From Tubiluchus corallicola (Eukaryota; Animalia; Priapulida), in contig JAQGDQ010000410.1 of NCBI GenBank assembly GCA_030141605.1, positions 142,965-206,964 on the forward strand: a stretch of DNA of 64,000 nucleotides. Reading direction: 5' to 3'. Numbering within the stretch: position 1 is the first letter of the stretch; each line of letters begins with the position of its first letter. Of this stretch, positions 48,401-61,900 are shown piece by piece. The notes below the pieces were generated by a model. The model saw nothing but the letters and a program-made list of their open reading frames with translations. It had not been told where the DNA came from and did not search any database. Both the position numbers and the translations under genes were made by a program.

Positions 48401-49312
48401 GTTGTTGCTATTGTTGTTGTTGTCGTCGTCGTCATCGTCGTCGTCCTTATTGATTGTTGCTGCTTCAATGAAAGTAACTGTAGGAACAACTGTAGAACTG
48501 TTGTGTGACCAAATGTTGTACATCTAGACCTTACCATTAATAAATTTTGATAGCTGCTATAGCAGTTTATTAAATGTGCTTTGCCTAAAGGTAATCTGAA
48601 GTTTTTCCACCTATTTTGCTTATGATAACGAGTTTTTTGCAGTTGATTTATCATTTTTCGAGAACATCATCATCAACCTTCCTGATTTTTTCTCATAAAT
48701 ACAAATCTGATCAACTTTGATTATTGATGCTTAGAGAGTTGCGCAATGAATAATAAAAGACGACAACGCAATTAAAGTTCCCAAGTTGTTATCCTAGCGA
48801 ATTTCTTAAATTAGGGAAAAATTTAATAAACTTAAATTTTAATTTTACACTTCGTAGAAAATACCTCTTATTATTAAAATGGGGTAATTTCACCAACACA
48901 TGCAGTCTTGAGGACGTATTATATAATAGATCATTGCTTCCGAAAGAACATTAGACTTAGAGGAGACAGGCATCACTGGACAAAAACAGAAGATGGCACA
49001 AACAAACATTGCTCAACTTGCTTATTCGCTGGCGATATCACCAAGCTTGGCAGACACTGGTTTAAAACTCTCAGCCTGACATCGTACAGATAACCCGACA
49101 TTAGCCGCTCTTATTTAGCTTCCTTCTAGGGGTTAATCTGTCAAAAACTTTTTTGTTCGTGGTGTAGTTTGGGTCATGCACGTCCAAAGTCGAATGAAAC
49201 TCATTGCTGTGCACAGGCCAGGTCAGTCTTTGTTTAGGTGGTCACATTATGAATGGGTTTGTGAAAAGTAATCCCTGTTTCCAAAATAAATTATAAAAAC
49301 TTTTGAACTTTA

Positions 49313-49351
<39 letters not shown>

Positions 49352-52300
49352 GCACGCACGCACGCACGCGCGCACACGCGCGCGCACGCGCGCTGTTAAA
49401 AATTATATAAAATTTTACTTGCTTATGTGAATACCCGTTCAAGAAGTAACCACTTAAGACCTCGTAGTTCAAATGGGCGGATTTGCAAGAACAATTCCTT
49501 GTCAATCATCGTCAGCTCACGTGCTATGTTTTCTGCGCAGCTTCCAGTAATCTGGAGCATGGTTCCACACCTTCCCCACCGATTTTGTGGGTTTTTCTTT
49601 TTAGCCAACTTTCGGAACATACCCATTTTCACCGCAGTCCCCAGCTTTTTCTTTGCAACTTTCACTTTTGGTGAACAGGTCATAAACGTAGAGGCGAACT
49701 CTTTTAAAGATATCTCGATAGAGGGTAATTTTACCATTAAAGTAGTTGTTTTCCTAGGTAACATAGTTTTCGAATTGCTATTTGATATAGTACTTGCAGT
49801 TTTCTTAGCGACATGCTTTTTTGACACCATTCTGTTACTGCTTTTTGTTAAGCCTGGCAATCCTTTTTGGTGTTTTGCAACACTTCTTTTTGGAGATTTA
49901 CTGCCTGATCCCAGGCTGTTTTGACTTGAATAGTATTTTGATAATGGACCAGTTTTAAACTGCCTTGGTGATTTTTTGCCCTTTGACTTTGAATTACTGA
50001 AAACATTTTGTAGCACATTTTGCCTTTTCGGTTCGCTTGAACTTCTTTTGGATTGGAACCAATTCAAAGGCGATTTCTTCTTTTTTAAATCCACACTTTC
50101 CATTTTTTTAAAAGAAGGCTTCTTTGTTATGTGACTATCACTTGAACTTATACTTGATGATCGCGCATGCACAGAAGGTTCACTTGATAAGATTTCGTCT
50201 TCATTGCCACGTTTTAGTTTTTCTAGTTCTTTTTTAAAGCTTTCTTTTCTCACCTGACGCAGTGTTTTCGTGTCTTCTGACGTTATGCTACTGCTGCTTC
50301 TGCTACTACTCCTACTACTTCTGTGACTTCTGTGGATATTTTCAGTATTTTCAAAAGGCGGTGTAATACTTTTCTCATCAAAATTTTTACTTTGTGTTAT
50401 TTTATGTGTCTGTTTTCTTGGAGACGTTCTTTTGCTTGATGCCACACCGACACTAATTCTGGAAAGTTTGGGAATACTAAATTTTTCTTTTCTTCCACTA
50501 GTGGTTTTCTTTCGAGGAAGAGCTTGGTGCATTCGTGCACTGCTGAGCAGCATCTCAATTTGGTCATCAATTGGAGTACTTTCAGTTTTTTTTAGAGAAG
50601 GCGTGCTGGCCGAAGGAAGATTTTCTCTACTCGTTTGTCGTTTTTGTGCATTTATATCTGGAGCTGGTTTTGCATTTGACGCTATGCCACTACTGCTTTG
50701 TGAAATCATTGGTTGGGATTTTTGCTTTTTTCTGTTAATGGATTTTCTTTCAGGAAGACTGTCTTTTAATCGTATGCTACTAGCATTGCTTAGTAGCTTC
50801 CCAAGTTTGTCATCTTTTACAATACTTCCATTTTTTTCTGGAAAAGGCTCGCTGATAATTGATAGATCTTGTTTGCTGCTTTGTCGCCTTTCTTTCTGTT
50901 TACCTTTTTGGAATTTGCCTTTAGTTTTACTTAGTTTTCCTTTTGCCGAGGTGACACAGGCAATCATGGAAATTCCAGGTTTTTGTTTTCTTTTGCTAGC
51001 AGTTTTCTTCGGTTTATTCGAAGAAAGTTTGTTTATTGATATTATGCTACTAGCTTTACTTGGAAGCTGCTCGTCCGTGTCGTCAGTTCTTTGCAGAGAT
51101 GATGCACTGGCTAACGGTAGATTTTTCGTACTAGCTCCCCCCTTTCCTGGTGCTTTAATATGCTGTTTCTTGCTTGGACTTTTTCTTGTAATTATTTCCT
51201 TACTTTTGCTTGACGGTTTTCTTTTTGAAAATTTGCCCCTGCTAATTCTGAAAACAGATTTTTTTGCTTGTTTCGCGTTATTCTTTCTTGAGGATCCTTT
51301 AGTTTTTGATTTGATGCTGCTGCCACTGCTATAATGTCGTGGAGTCAAAGCTTTGTCATCCCGTTTTTTCCATGTAGCATTTTCATTGTCGCGTCGTCCT
51401 GTTTTCAAACTTCGGCTCTTAGCTTTTTCGGGAGACTCCTTCGTTTGCGATCTCACACTACTGGTACTACTTTGACGTTTTGTCTTAAACATGCTTTTGG
51501 TAGTTTTTTTAGAAGAGGGCTTCTTTTTAGGTGCTGCTTTTTTACTAATAACGTTCTTTTTGCTTGAACTGGTAACTTTTGCTTTGCTTGGACTGGTGAC
51601 TTTTGCTTTGCTTGAACTGGTAACTTTTGCTTTGCTTGAACTCGTAACTTTTGCTTTGCTTGGACTGGTGACTTTTGCTTTGCTTTTACTTTTTCTTGAA
51701 GAAGACATTTTCATTTTTCGTGAGCCTTTGTTGTCGTTATTATTTACGTTATTGTTTAGATTTTTGTCCTTGTGTAAAGCGAATTCATTGTAGGCATTGT
51801 TGTTCTTGTTCTCTAATCTGCTAAATTCAAAACTCATGTTTGATGGTTTAATTCGATTTTCTATAATCATCCTCGTTGCCCAAATCCAACGTTTCTTTGC
51901 TGTATAAAAATACAAAATTAATCGCACAAAACCGTGTGCTTGGCATATTCTTTATAGTCAATGATTAACAAGTTACAAATTGTTGAAGAACATGAAGACA
52001 AACACAAAATAAATCACACAAAGAAAGTAAAATTTGTCGAGTATAGGAGTTAATTATGTACTATATAAGATAGCGCAACGAAACATGCCGAAGTTTTGTC
52101 AATGATATAAAAGGGAAAATAGAGGAATCGCTTCAAAATTATCATATTGATTTTACAGATGTTTATATACAAACAGCAAAAAATGTTATGCCATTCCTTT
52201 AGATCAAAAGATAGAGAAATTTAAATCAACATGTCAGAAAAATAAACACTCGAAAAAAGTTTGTATCACTGTTGTTAAAATTTACAGCAAAACTTTATGC

Positions 52301-55300
52301 TTTATGTGTCCCAAATTTTCAAAGCAAACTAGAGGAAGGCATTTCTTTCATCAGCTGACAGTTTCTCATTTCTGTATAGGTCCCACCACTAACTACATTT
52401 GCCTTTATATCCTTTTCGTCAAACGGCGCTGTGCGGTTATTGTGCACTTTCTCTTTAGGGGAATACCAGATACCGTAATCCTGTGGATTAAGTCACATTT
52501 TTCTTGGCAACAAATCTTTAACAGTGCTATATTTTCTGTGGTGAAAATCATGATGTAATCTGGTTGATTTCCTTATTGTTTTTCTGCTATGTTTTTTAAC
52601 AGTCAAAAGTTTTTTAGCCGCAACTTTAAAATCGTTGAAGCTATAACTTTGTGACTTTCGCAGAACAATGCTAATGCTTCGTGTAATATCCAAACTGTGA
52701 AATTTCAACGTTGTGGAGCACTTTCTTCTAATATTATTGCACTCTAAACTTCGGCACATTTTTTCTGGGCCACCCGACATAACAAACTGAGATATAATAG
52801 AGCAAGGAAAAACCGCTCATGGCTTCCTGCCAACAGAAAATATAACTATTTGTTAGAAAACTGTTACATTGTAGTGTAAAAATTAGAAAAAATAGTTTAA
52901 AAACTCACAGTAGGTGCATTAAAACACGGCGGTTTTTTTTAATTCTTACGGTGGGCTGGGCTATTTTTATTATTGTTCTCGTGCTTGATAATTAAAATTT
53001 TCATTATTTTCTTTTTAGGTTTCATCGACCCAATTTCTAAACAATGTTTAGCAGCTTTCAACTGCATTTGTGACAAATTTCGACAACAATCTGCTTCCAA
53101 TCAGGGCAGAAACATTGGCAGAAACGAGATTATCTTGGCATCCTCACAAGCACACAAACGTAAAAAAACTAAAGAATACGCTTCCCGGGCAAGGCATATA
53201 TATCGTTAAATGTTAAAAGAAGTTTAGCTTAAAGTTCTGAGTCTGTTACTATAGTGTATACCAAACTAGTCATGCCCTATAGACCACTTTTTTAAAGTCA
53301 TTATGTAGCAGTAAAAAGGGACACAGAAGATACACACTATTCAAGCAGACTTGATCCATCGAATATGTAGTTATATCTCACCTAGAGACATCCCAAAATG
53401 AGCGGCCGCTTCTCGGAAAGCCTTGACTGCGCCATCAATGTCATCGCTTACGTCATCATCAACTACTGGGGTGCACAGCCGTGACTTTTCGTCATTCTCT
53501 CTGGCGGTGTGCAGTCTTTTCACCAGAGAAAACCCACTGAAAGAGGATCACAAGTTGATTAACTATAACCAGCTATTGTAAAGGAGCTGCAGCCAACTTA
53601 GCTGCAGCCGGCGGCGGACTAACTGAGTGACTTGACTTTGAAATAGATTAATCGTTTGACTGACTGACTGATCGACCAAACGACTAACCATCTGACAGAG
53701 TGATTGGTTGAAGACAAACTATAACAAACCAACGCCACAATATCCCTATCTCAACACTTTTTCGGTATGTTTCGTTGTAAAGAAATCAATATTTTTCCGT
53801 GAGATATTGCCGATAGATATACGTCTTACCATATCTTTCCGCAACATGTTACAATTTGATAAAAATTGTAGAATAATAGCATTAACCATTTTTTTCATTT
53901 GAACATAATTTCTGACTTACTGCAATTTTTTCAAGTGCTTTCTGATCTCTTTTATGTGGTAAGTCACTTTTACTGTGGGTAGCCGCTTCAAAGTGCTGAA
54001 ATCCAAATCCGACGTGCCTCTTGGCTTTAACTCCAGTTGGGTGTCGAAATACTTCAAATTCGGCAAGGATGCGTATTTCGTCACTTCCTCTCTGTTGAAA
54101 GGAAATGGGCACTTGTTGACATGATAATGCTGATCGTTAGCCGCCCTTTCTAACGATGCTTCCGAACAGCATCTTCGCATCCAAACAGCCCCGTTTTGCT
54201 GATAGTCAATGTTGTTGAAAAGAACACTTTCGGAGACACATAAAGCGACAGGAAAATACGAAAGTTTTTCTTTCAGCAAAATAGATTTTTGTTGCGAACG
54301 CCTGTTCAATGTTCTTATTTGACTTATATCGTCGTGAAAATGATCTAGTAAACTCAGCCTTCTTGGAGCATATCTAGTGCCTAGTTCTTCTAAGTGTACA
54401 TTTGATTCCTCATTTTCGTCGGTGACAGTATCTTCTGCGATCTCCATTACAGAAGACAACAGGTTTTCAAATACTTCCAGTTCTAATACAATTTCCGCAC
54501 TGGTTGTGCCATGTTTATGTCCTTCTGCAACAATGCTTACCTTACGTCGGTTAAGAGCTTTAGGTTCTAATAAAAAACTTGTCCGAACTGCAGTGTTCTG
54601 TGCCATGTAAGAAGACACTGCCTGCAGATTTAATACGGATTTCACAGCACTGTGTATGTCAGCTTTGCTAAGCGTTTCTGATGCTGGTAAATCTAGCTCG
54701 GTATCAGACTCAACTTTGGACTGTAGACCTAGCTGAATTTCACTGCGCCATAAATCAGCATGCTCCTCTGTTTCAACGATTTTCTTTTGCGCCAGAGGAA
54801 TCATTGGGCCCTCATTTGCCGTTTTAATTTCACTGCCTTTTTGTAATGTTTTATACTTGGCTGAGCTCTCAACTTGTTCAAAGAAATTTTCTAAATTCGC
54901 TTCAAATTTTGTTTTGTAATCGTACTGTCCGCTAGCATCTCTTTGAAACTCTAGTTCACTTTCGGACCCCGTGGATGAATTCTTCTTTGTTCTGAATTGA
55001 TTTAGTTGTTCTATTTTAAATTTCCACTCACTCCATGTTGCCTCTATCCGAGTCTTCACATTCAGCTTAAAAAATTTAAAACGACCATCGGCAAAACGAA
55101 TTTTTATTATCTTCTTCAAGACATCTTTGAAAGTAATTCTAGCAGAAGAGAATTTAACAAAAAGAATGTCATCAAGATCGATGTTAAAATTGTCATGCTT
55201 AGGCTGTTGAGGATACCCGATTTCTGAAAATGCAATAATAAACATCTCCGAACTTAAACCAAGGTACACTTCTCTTCGAGGTATCCCGTTTTTCTTCATT

Positions 55301-55395
55301 TCTGTAAATGGCGCCTCTATTAACACAACGTCTGAAAAATCTTCGTATCCACTAGACCGCAATAATTTCTGCAATGGCTTCGCTTCATCAACCAT
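42421..55395 (-). CDS. RasGEF (CDC25)-domain protein, paralog B, about 1813 aa; join(complement 53921-55395, 53382-53536, 49435-51899, 47218-47346, 46924-47057, 42421-43504)
   Basis: Same intron phases as paralog A and identical 129- and 134-nt exons 4 and 5 (total 5442 nt). IARELTMIDKELFLQIRPFEL; PHLGAAMEFFERIANLVTTEVL...RARLIAKCI; VADHCYCLQNFHSLWAILTGI...PVLRLSSTW; PPCLPFLG; YGLSLMKEP. First in-frame ATG at 55395 (MVDEAKPLQKLL, aligning with paralog A MMSSAKPLQKLL). Confidence 0.83.
43959..46285 (-). mobile_element. 5'-truncated, frameshifted CR1/L2-group LINE (reverse transcriptase) in intron 5 of RasGEF-like paralog B
   Basis: RT motifs NYRQVS...IFEKVIY, FRKKYST, FLDLSKAFDSLNH, GIAQGTLLGP and VQFADD (about 45300-45317), with C-terminal LWNSLPSNIK...FKTRLK. 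3' stem atcgggtg/cacccgat (44042-44082), minus-strand AATAAA and a (TA)n tail at 43959-43983. Confidence 0.9.
48368..48448. repeat. (GTT/GTC)n trinucleotide repeat
   Basis: Seen directly. Confidence 0.85.
49318..49393. repeat. compound (CA)n/(CGCA)n/(CG)n microsatellite
   Basis: Alternating purine-pyrimidine run about 40 bp into intron 3 of paralog B. Confidence 0.9.
51558..51685 (-). repeat. coding 24-bp tandem repeat (5 x SKAKVTS[P/S])
   Basis: ttttgctttgcttg(a/g)act(g/c)gt(a/g)ac units inside exon 3 of paralog B. Confidence 0.9.
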
Positions 55396-58300
55396 TTCTA
55401 AATGCCGACCAGCATCCTCGTGTGAACTTCTGTTCAAAGTTCCTGTTCATTTCGTACTCATCAAATTTCAATACTTGAACGCATTTTTGTTGCACCATTT
55501 GGCTTCAAGTAGTAGGATATAAAAGCCTGTAAAATTTTAAAAAACATCAAAATAATAGTTCAATGTTACTGCTCGGACATAGCAACAAAAAATATTAAAA
55601 CTATTCGCACTAAGGTTTTGTTACGGATTTAAACAAATTCGTATAGAAAATTTATGATTTTCAGAAATAGTTCTTATTTGTAAATCAAATTAGTCTATAG
55701 TCAAAACTGAATACAGTAACGTAAAAGACGCAACTTACTAAACACCGAATGATTATTTTCTGAAAGACGGTGCTCATTCAATTATTTGTATATAATAACT
55801 AGTTTATTTTTAATGTTACTGCAGGCTAACCGTGAAAAAAAAACACGGGTAGCACTTTAAAGAAGTTCTAGAACGTGCGCGAACTTACAAAATTTTTGAG
55901 AAAATGCGAAGCTATAAATAATTTTTGTAGAACCCATTGTTACATTTAGATTATCGAAATTCTTTTGAAAAATTTTATTGAGGTTTTATACGAAAACGTG
56001 GAATTTGTTTACTAAAGGCTATATAGTAGAAAAAGCATTTTTATACTCTTAAAACTTTAAATAGGTTTATTTTGCACTAAACTTTTCGCTATATCGCCGT
56101 CGTTGTATGAAAATAAGCTTGTAAATGTCTAATGCAAGATGTAAGTTAGCAGTAGTTGGAAATTTTTGTTGTTTTTCAAAATAAAATTTTTCTAAGCTAT
56201 TTGGAAATCTTAATTTTAACAGAATTTTGGTAAGTTTACCTCTGCTAAAATAATATTTGGCTGTGAAGCACGTATATCAGAGTGAAACCTATTCCTATGA
56301 AATGATGCGAGAAGATTTTGCAAGGAATTATGAAAGTATTGTTGTGGCTTGTGATGCAATATTTGCAGCAGGATTTAATCGTTCATCCTTTGAAAAAATG
56401 AATCAAAAACCCTTTTAAAGTAGTTAATTTGATTAATTTTTATAATTAAACAAGTACTTTCGTACGTGTTAATTTGAAAAATAAGATCAAGAGGATTATA
56501 AAGAACAGCATGTTGTAAGTTTTGCGTTATATTATAGATTTAGGTAAGTTAACTAAGGTAAACGGTTAAAATAAAAACTTCGATTCATCAAACGATCTTT
56601 GGTGTAAATTAAAAGACGAAAATGTCCAAGAAAAGAGTCTAACGTCTCTTATCTTGTAAAAATTTGTCCAATACTCAATTGCCATTAGATACAGTTGCCA
56701 AGTAGACCAATAAAAATGGAAGGACGATGCAATAAAGACTGAGCTACTTGTACAAACAAGAACTGATGTAGATCTACTGAAGGCATCTACTGTTTGGAGG
56801 ATGTTCTATTGCATTTGTGTGAGAAAAAAGATGATGGTGATATTCATATGCATATAATGACAAAAAAGAGATAAGTCAAATAAACAAACTAAAAAGGCAG
56901 AAATCGGTGCACTTGCTATCGCTACGTGTTAACCATCAGTTCGACTGACTTTTTAAAGAGTATAATTTGCAAAAGAAAAATTTATGCTAACAGAACTTAT
57001 CGATTTTCAGTGAAACAGCCTGTTCAAAAGGATTACGGACAGACACCTAACTGATTGATACAATTCAGTGCAGGCTGCCATTGGCTGATTTAATTGAAGT
57101 ATTTAAAAATTAGGCGAATCTTAATGACGTAATTACAGTGAAAGTTCAGCAAACTCGCGTTTGCATAAATACAAAACTGAGAAAAAAAGACGCAAAAAAC
57201 TGTAAAAATAAATATGTGCATAAACGTAATACATACCTTTTTATCTTATTTTGTCCAAATCCTTTCAACGATGTACGTGCACGCCGGACAGTTGATAGTA
57301 TTTTGATTTTTGGTGTGATATATTTTGGCAAAAATCACGTATCTGTTTCTAATGCGAATGCTTCGAAAACCGCTTATAAAACAATTTAGCGAAGGGAAAA
57401 CATTTAATCTTGAATATCATCTCCTCAGTTTTAGTTTTTAATTAGCTTGACTGCGTGTGCCAATCAGAGGATATAATAGCAACTGTTTGTTCATGCGCGA
57501 ACAGACTGACGTCATCTAATTCCCCGGCGCATGATTCGCCGAGACTGACAGTGTTTACAAACGTGTGAAACTAGTACAGCAGCACGCTGCATCTGTAAAT
57601 CGCGTATGTGTCTAGAACAGGAGTGTGAATTTTGTTGTATGCATACTAAATAATATTTTGTGCTAGTGCATTTCCATGAGATAAAACTAACAAGATTCGC
57701 CAAAACCTGCTACGAAAGAAAGAGCAGTTTGTTGATATTAATTATGAAGATGCAATTATGGGAGCAGTTCTATTTGGGTAACGAAAATTTTCGACAGTGA
57801 AGAGGGAAGTTTTCGTAGCTTATGTGAACATATAATGCTAATAATTATAACAGCTAACGCTAAGTGGATAAAAGACTGCACATAACTGAATAGCAAATTT
57901 GGATAGTAAAGCTTCAGGTAATGGAGATAGTCTTATGAAAATAACATTATTTTACGTTGATAGAAAGTGCACCGAAACAAATTACATGAAGTTTACCTGT
58001 TCTGAAAATTTGTTAAAGATTTAAACGTTATGCTATTGTCTATAAACTGCAAAATATGTTGCTACAAACTTTGCGGTAATGCTTATTATACTTATAAGCA
58101 TATATTAATGTTGAAATATAGGGCAACAACACTATAGGCTACATCGTTATTTTCAATTTGGTAGTTCTCACCGATAAGGTTAACCTGTTTTCTTTTAAAT
58201 TAATGGATAAATATCTGGCGCACTGGAAGCAATAAAAACGATTAAGCCGGTAATATAATTATAAGATTTCATGTGTCACTGCTTTCAAACTGTATCCGCT

Positions 58301-58989
58301 AAAATATCTGCAAGATAACCTATTGTATAGGCCGTTTCAAAGCAAAAATAATCACTTGAAACGGAACGTTTCGTAGTTAGTAAACACAATAAACGGATCG
58401 TAGTTTTTTCTTGATATGTTTTCAAATTGTAAATATGCTTAGATATGTGTCATGTGCTTGCCCCTGTAAACTTTTTGCTTGATTTTATTAGTTTTTATAA
58501 TAATTGTTGAACTTTTAGTCGGCAATAGTAGTTCGTGGGTGAACTAATGTTTTTATGTGCCTCAAAATCGATTTTAAATAAACTATTTACTTGTCTCGAG
58601 GGCGTTTTTGGCCGATTTTGTTTATCGTCCGGGGCATTAAAACGGCATTTCATTATAAACAGCGAGCTATTTACTACGTATTTAGTGCCTATGTGACCAT
58701 GTTTGTAAACACGAATTACTGAAATTTTGTTCTGTTTCCTCTCAGCCTTAATTATAACAACCTTATTTATAAATAGGTTCATCTTCAGATCTGTTATATA
58801 AATGTCTGCGATTTCGTGAAGATCCGTGTGCATTACACTGCACTTGCCTTCCGTTTACAACGGAGGTATACAGCTTATAGCCTAGGGTGTCTATTCTAAG
58901 AAATACAATCATCACTTTTTCACTTGTCATCTACTTGATCTACTTTCAGGTATCCCAAAAGAAGAAAGTCAGTTTCACTGCATGCAGGC

Positions 58990-61900
58990 ATGGGTGCTGT
59001 ATCGCAGTTTTTCTTGGTGCTGAAGAAAAATCTTCTGCTAAGGTCAAGGCAACCCGTAAGTCTATAAATGTTATCTGCATTGTAAAGATAATGCCATCGA
59101 AAAAGTGGCACAAATTCTTCAGCGCTAAAGTTACAACATTCCAGTTTGGTCTATAGATGCACGGAGATGTATGCGTACAAATGAATTGTACGGGCCTGCA
59201 AGATGTATGCGTAGAAATGAATTGCATGGGCCTGTAGAGTGGTACCAATGCAACTCTTTGCTAGCATTAAGTGTTACTGTATATAGCGCAAAGTTATACA
59301 ACTTACACTCCTACAATCCAAAGATGTTTCATAACTTTGTTGTTTGTTTACTGATGGCCCTTCCTGGCTGTCCAAAATTACTGCTTAACTGCGAAAAAAA
59401 CGTCATTATAAATCAGCAGAAATTCCAATCTGTGATTGTAATTGTAACTAGGTTAAGTAGATAGATATCTTCAGACACTTTTATAAAAGCTTTATAATTT
59501 TCAAACTTCTGTTATTTTTGACGGAATACTAAATGGCTCTATAAGCAAAGTGAATAAATAATACCATGCTCTTCGGAACTGCAGATCGGCATGAACCAGT
59601 TACAGTGCACGTTGTGTTGATACCACAGATGTGAAATCAGGAATGTGACAGTTCTTCTCTGTGGCGACGCGCGTAGGTTTTCCCCGCTGAAATCTAACTC
59701 ACTAAACTTAGCTAAAAGAGGGCTTATTATGCTTGTTAAAATATTGTGTTTATGTTTTTGTGCGTTTAGTATAAGCTAAGCAGACCGTCGCCGAAAGGGT
59801 TTCGTAGTTTCAAACAGTCCTATGATAATCAAATTTCTTGTTAATTAATAATAATGATAGAATATTGAATATATGGTTGTATTTTACATGATTTAATGAT
59901 TTAATGCGTTATTAAAATATGAATAATCATCAAGCATCAATAAGAGCATTAACTTGATCAGACTAATTTTACGACTTACGAACCTAAATTCAAATGACTT
60001 ATTCTTATAATACTTGACTTGCGTTGATTACACTAAGCAAATTACTGATTTATGCAGACTGCAAAATAGAAACTTTATAAATTTTAATGCGTAACGTAAA
60101 CTAAAATTAACAAATGAATGGTACAGAATTTCCGAAATAGTAATACAGAGTTTAATTGGAAGTCTAATAATGGAATGTTAATAGAATAGATAGCCGTCTT
60201 AGTAAAGTCGAAGATATAGTGTGAAAGTATACGTCTTTTTTAAGCAAATGTGATTTCCACTTCAGGCACAACGTATAAAGCTATACTGGAAGTACTGAAC
60301 TTACGAGGTTCATTATTTCACTGTACAAGACACGCTCATAGATTTTCCTTATTTCCAAGAAAACTGTTCACATTGGTCCCGGGACAATGATGCGTTTTCT
60401 GTTTTTACCCAAACCGCTTCTTGTCACTTATTTCAGGGTTAGAATTAATGTTGGAGACTATAATAATAGGAGTGCTGAATTTGTAAGACAAGATTTACAC
60501 GTATCTGTTTCCTTATTTTCCAGAAAACTTTTTGCACGGAATAAATAAAATGATAGCAGTGTATCCGTGAAAGCTAGCAGTTGTATTAGTTTCCTAAGGC
60601 TAAATTTACCCTGGTCACTTATGAGCAAAATGGTGTACATACCCAGAATCATCGGCGTGTGACCAGATGTGTGAAAAAATATTATAAGTGTGATCAGGTG
60701 TGATCCGAGTAGCTTTTTAGTCTCTTTATACTCAATTGCGCGGCACAGCGCAACCTTGGATTACCTGTAAAACTTGTATTTGCGTAACAGCAGTCTAAAA
60801 GCGGGTGTGGGAAAAACTGTGCAAAAATTCGTCTACGTCTTAACTGTATAATATAAAATTTAATGATAAATATATGTCATTCTCGTTAGTTTAGCGGAAT
60901 TTGTTTAACATTCTGCAGCTTATTGTTAAGTATTTTATTAGTTCTCAAGCGTTTTTCTGATCGTATATGCCAACCGTTTTACAATAAGAATATTATCAAA
61001 ACTTCTGCAATACAATTCTTACTAATACATGAAATGAATAATAAGTAGTTTTACACATTTCGTGGTTAAAATTCTACGTTCCGGTCTTTTATTGTAAAGC
61101 ATTATAAAGGAAAGGATTATTGGATTTAGAAGGTTCAAAGAATGACCAAAAGTTGAACGACAGTGTAACAAAATGGGTGTATTAATCAATGTGTTCTAAT
61201 GATAAAAATTTTTATTTGCATATACAGAAGACTTGGTACTGCGCAAGCTGCCAGCCTTGCCATTCGTCACACCCTGTGACCCATTTTTAACTCTGTTCGA
61301 CGTAAAATATAATAGAAATCTGAAACTTTGAAGAAAGGTCCGGAAAATAGATTTTTTATGATTAATTTGATAGTGCTAGGAATCTGTTAACATTCTTCTT
61401 GAAGCAGATCAGGTTGTAGAAACAGGGGAAAAGTTTCTGGTAAAGAATTCCACAGATAAGAGACCCGAGATAAAAATAGTGGCAAATGTGTGTAACTGTA
61501 TTGCATCTAAAAGACTAGATTAAAATCATAAGATTCAGCAGCAAATGCCATCAAAACGTTCTGAGCGAACTAGTGACTAAGACTCCTTCCAGAGAACATC
61601 CATTAAAGTAGTGATAATAAAATAAGCTTAATGTACCAATAGACCTTCGCCGAGTAAAAACCTGGTGCCAGATCAGACAATAAAATCAACAATACTATTT
61701 TCTGACTGGTTCAAGTGAGTTAAGGTAACAAGTTGATGTAGCAGCCCGGTGCGCAGTAAGTTTGGTACTACATGTAATAAGTTTGGTACAGGTAAATTCG
61801 GCCCTGAATTTTGGTATGAAGAAATTTTGGTAACGGGAAAATTTGCTACTAGTAATTTTTGGTACAGGGAAATTGTAGCACTGGGCAAATTGGGTATAGT

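Noticed and set aside
50432-51793. 300-aa and 100-aa hydrophobic ORFs on the + strand
   Set aside because: Antisense shadows of the K/S-rich exon 3 of paralog B; the F/L richness follows from complementary codons.
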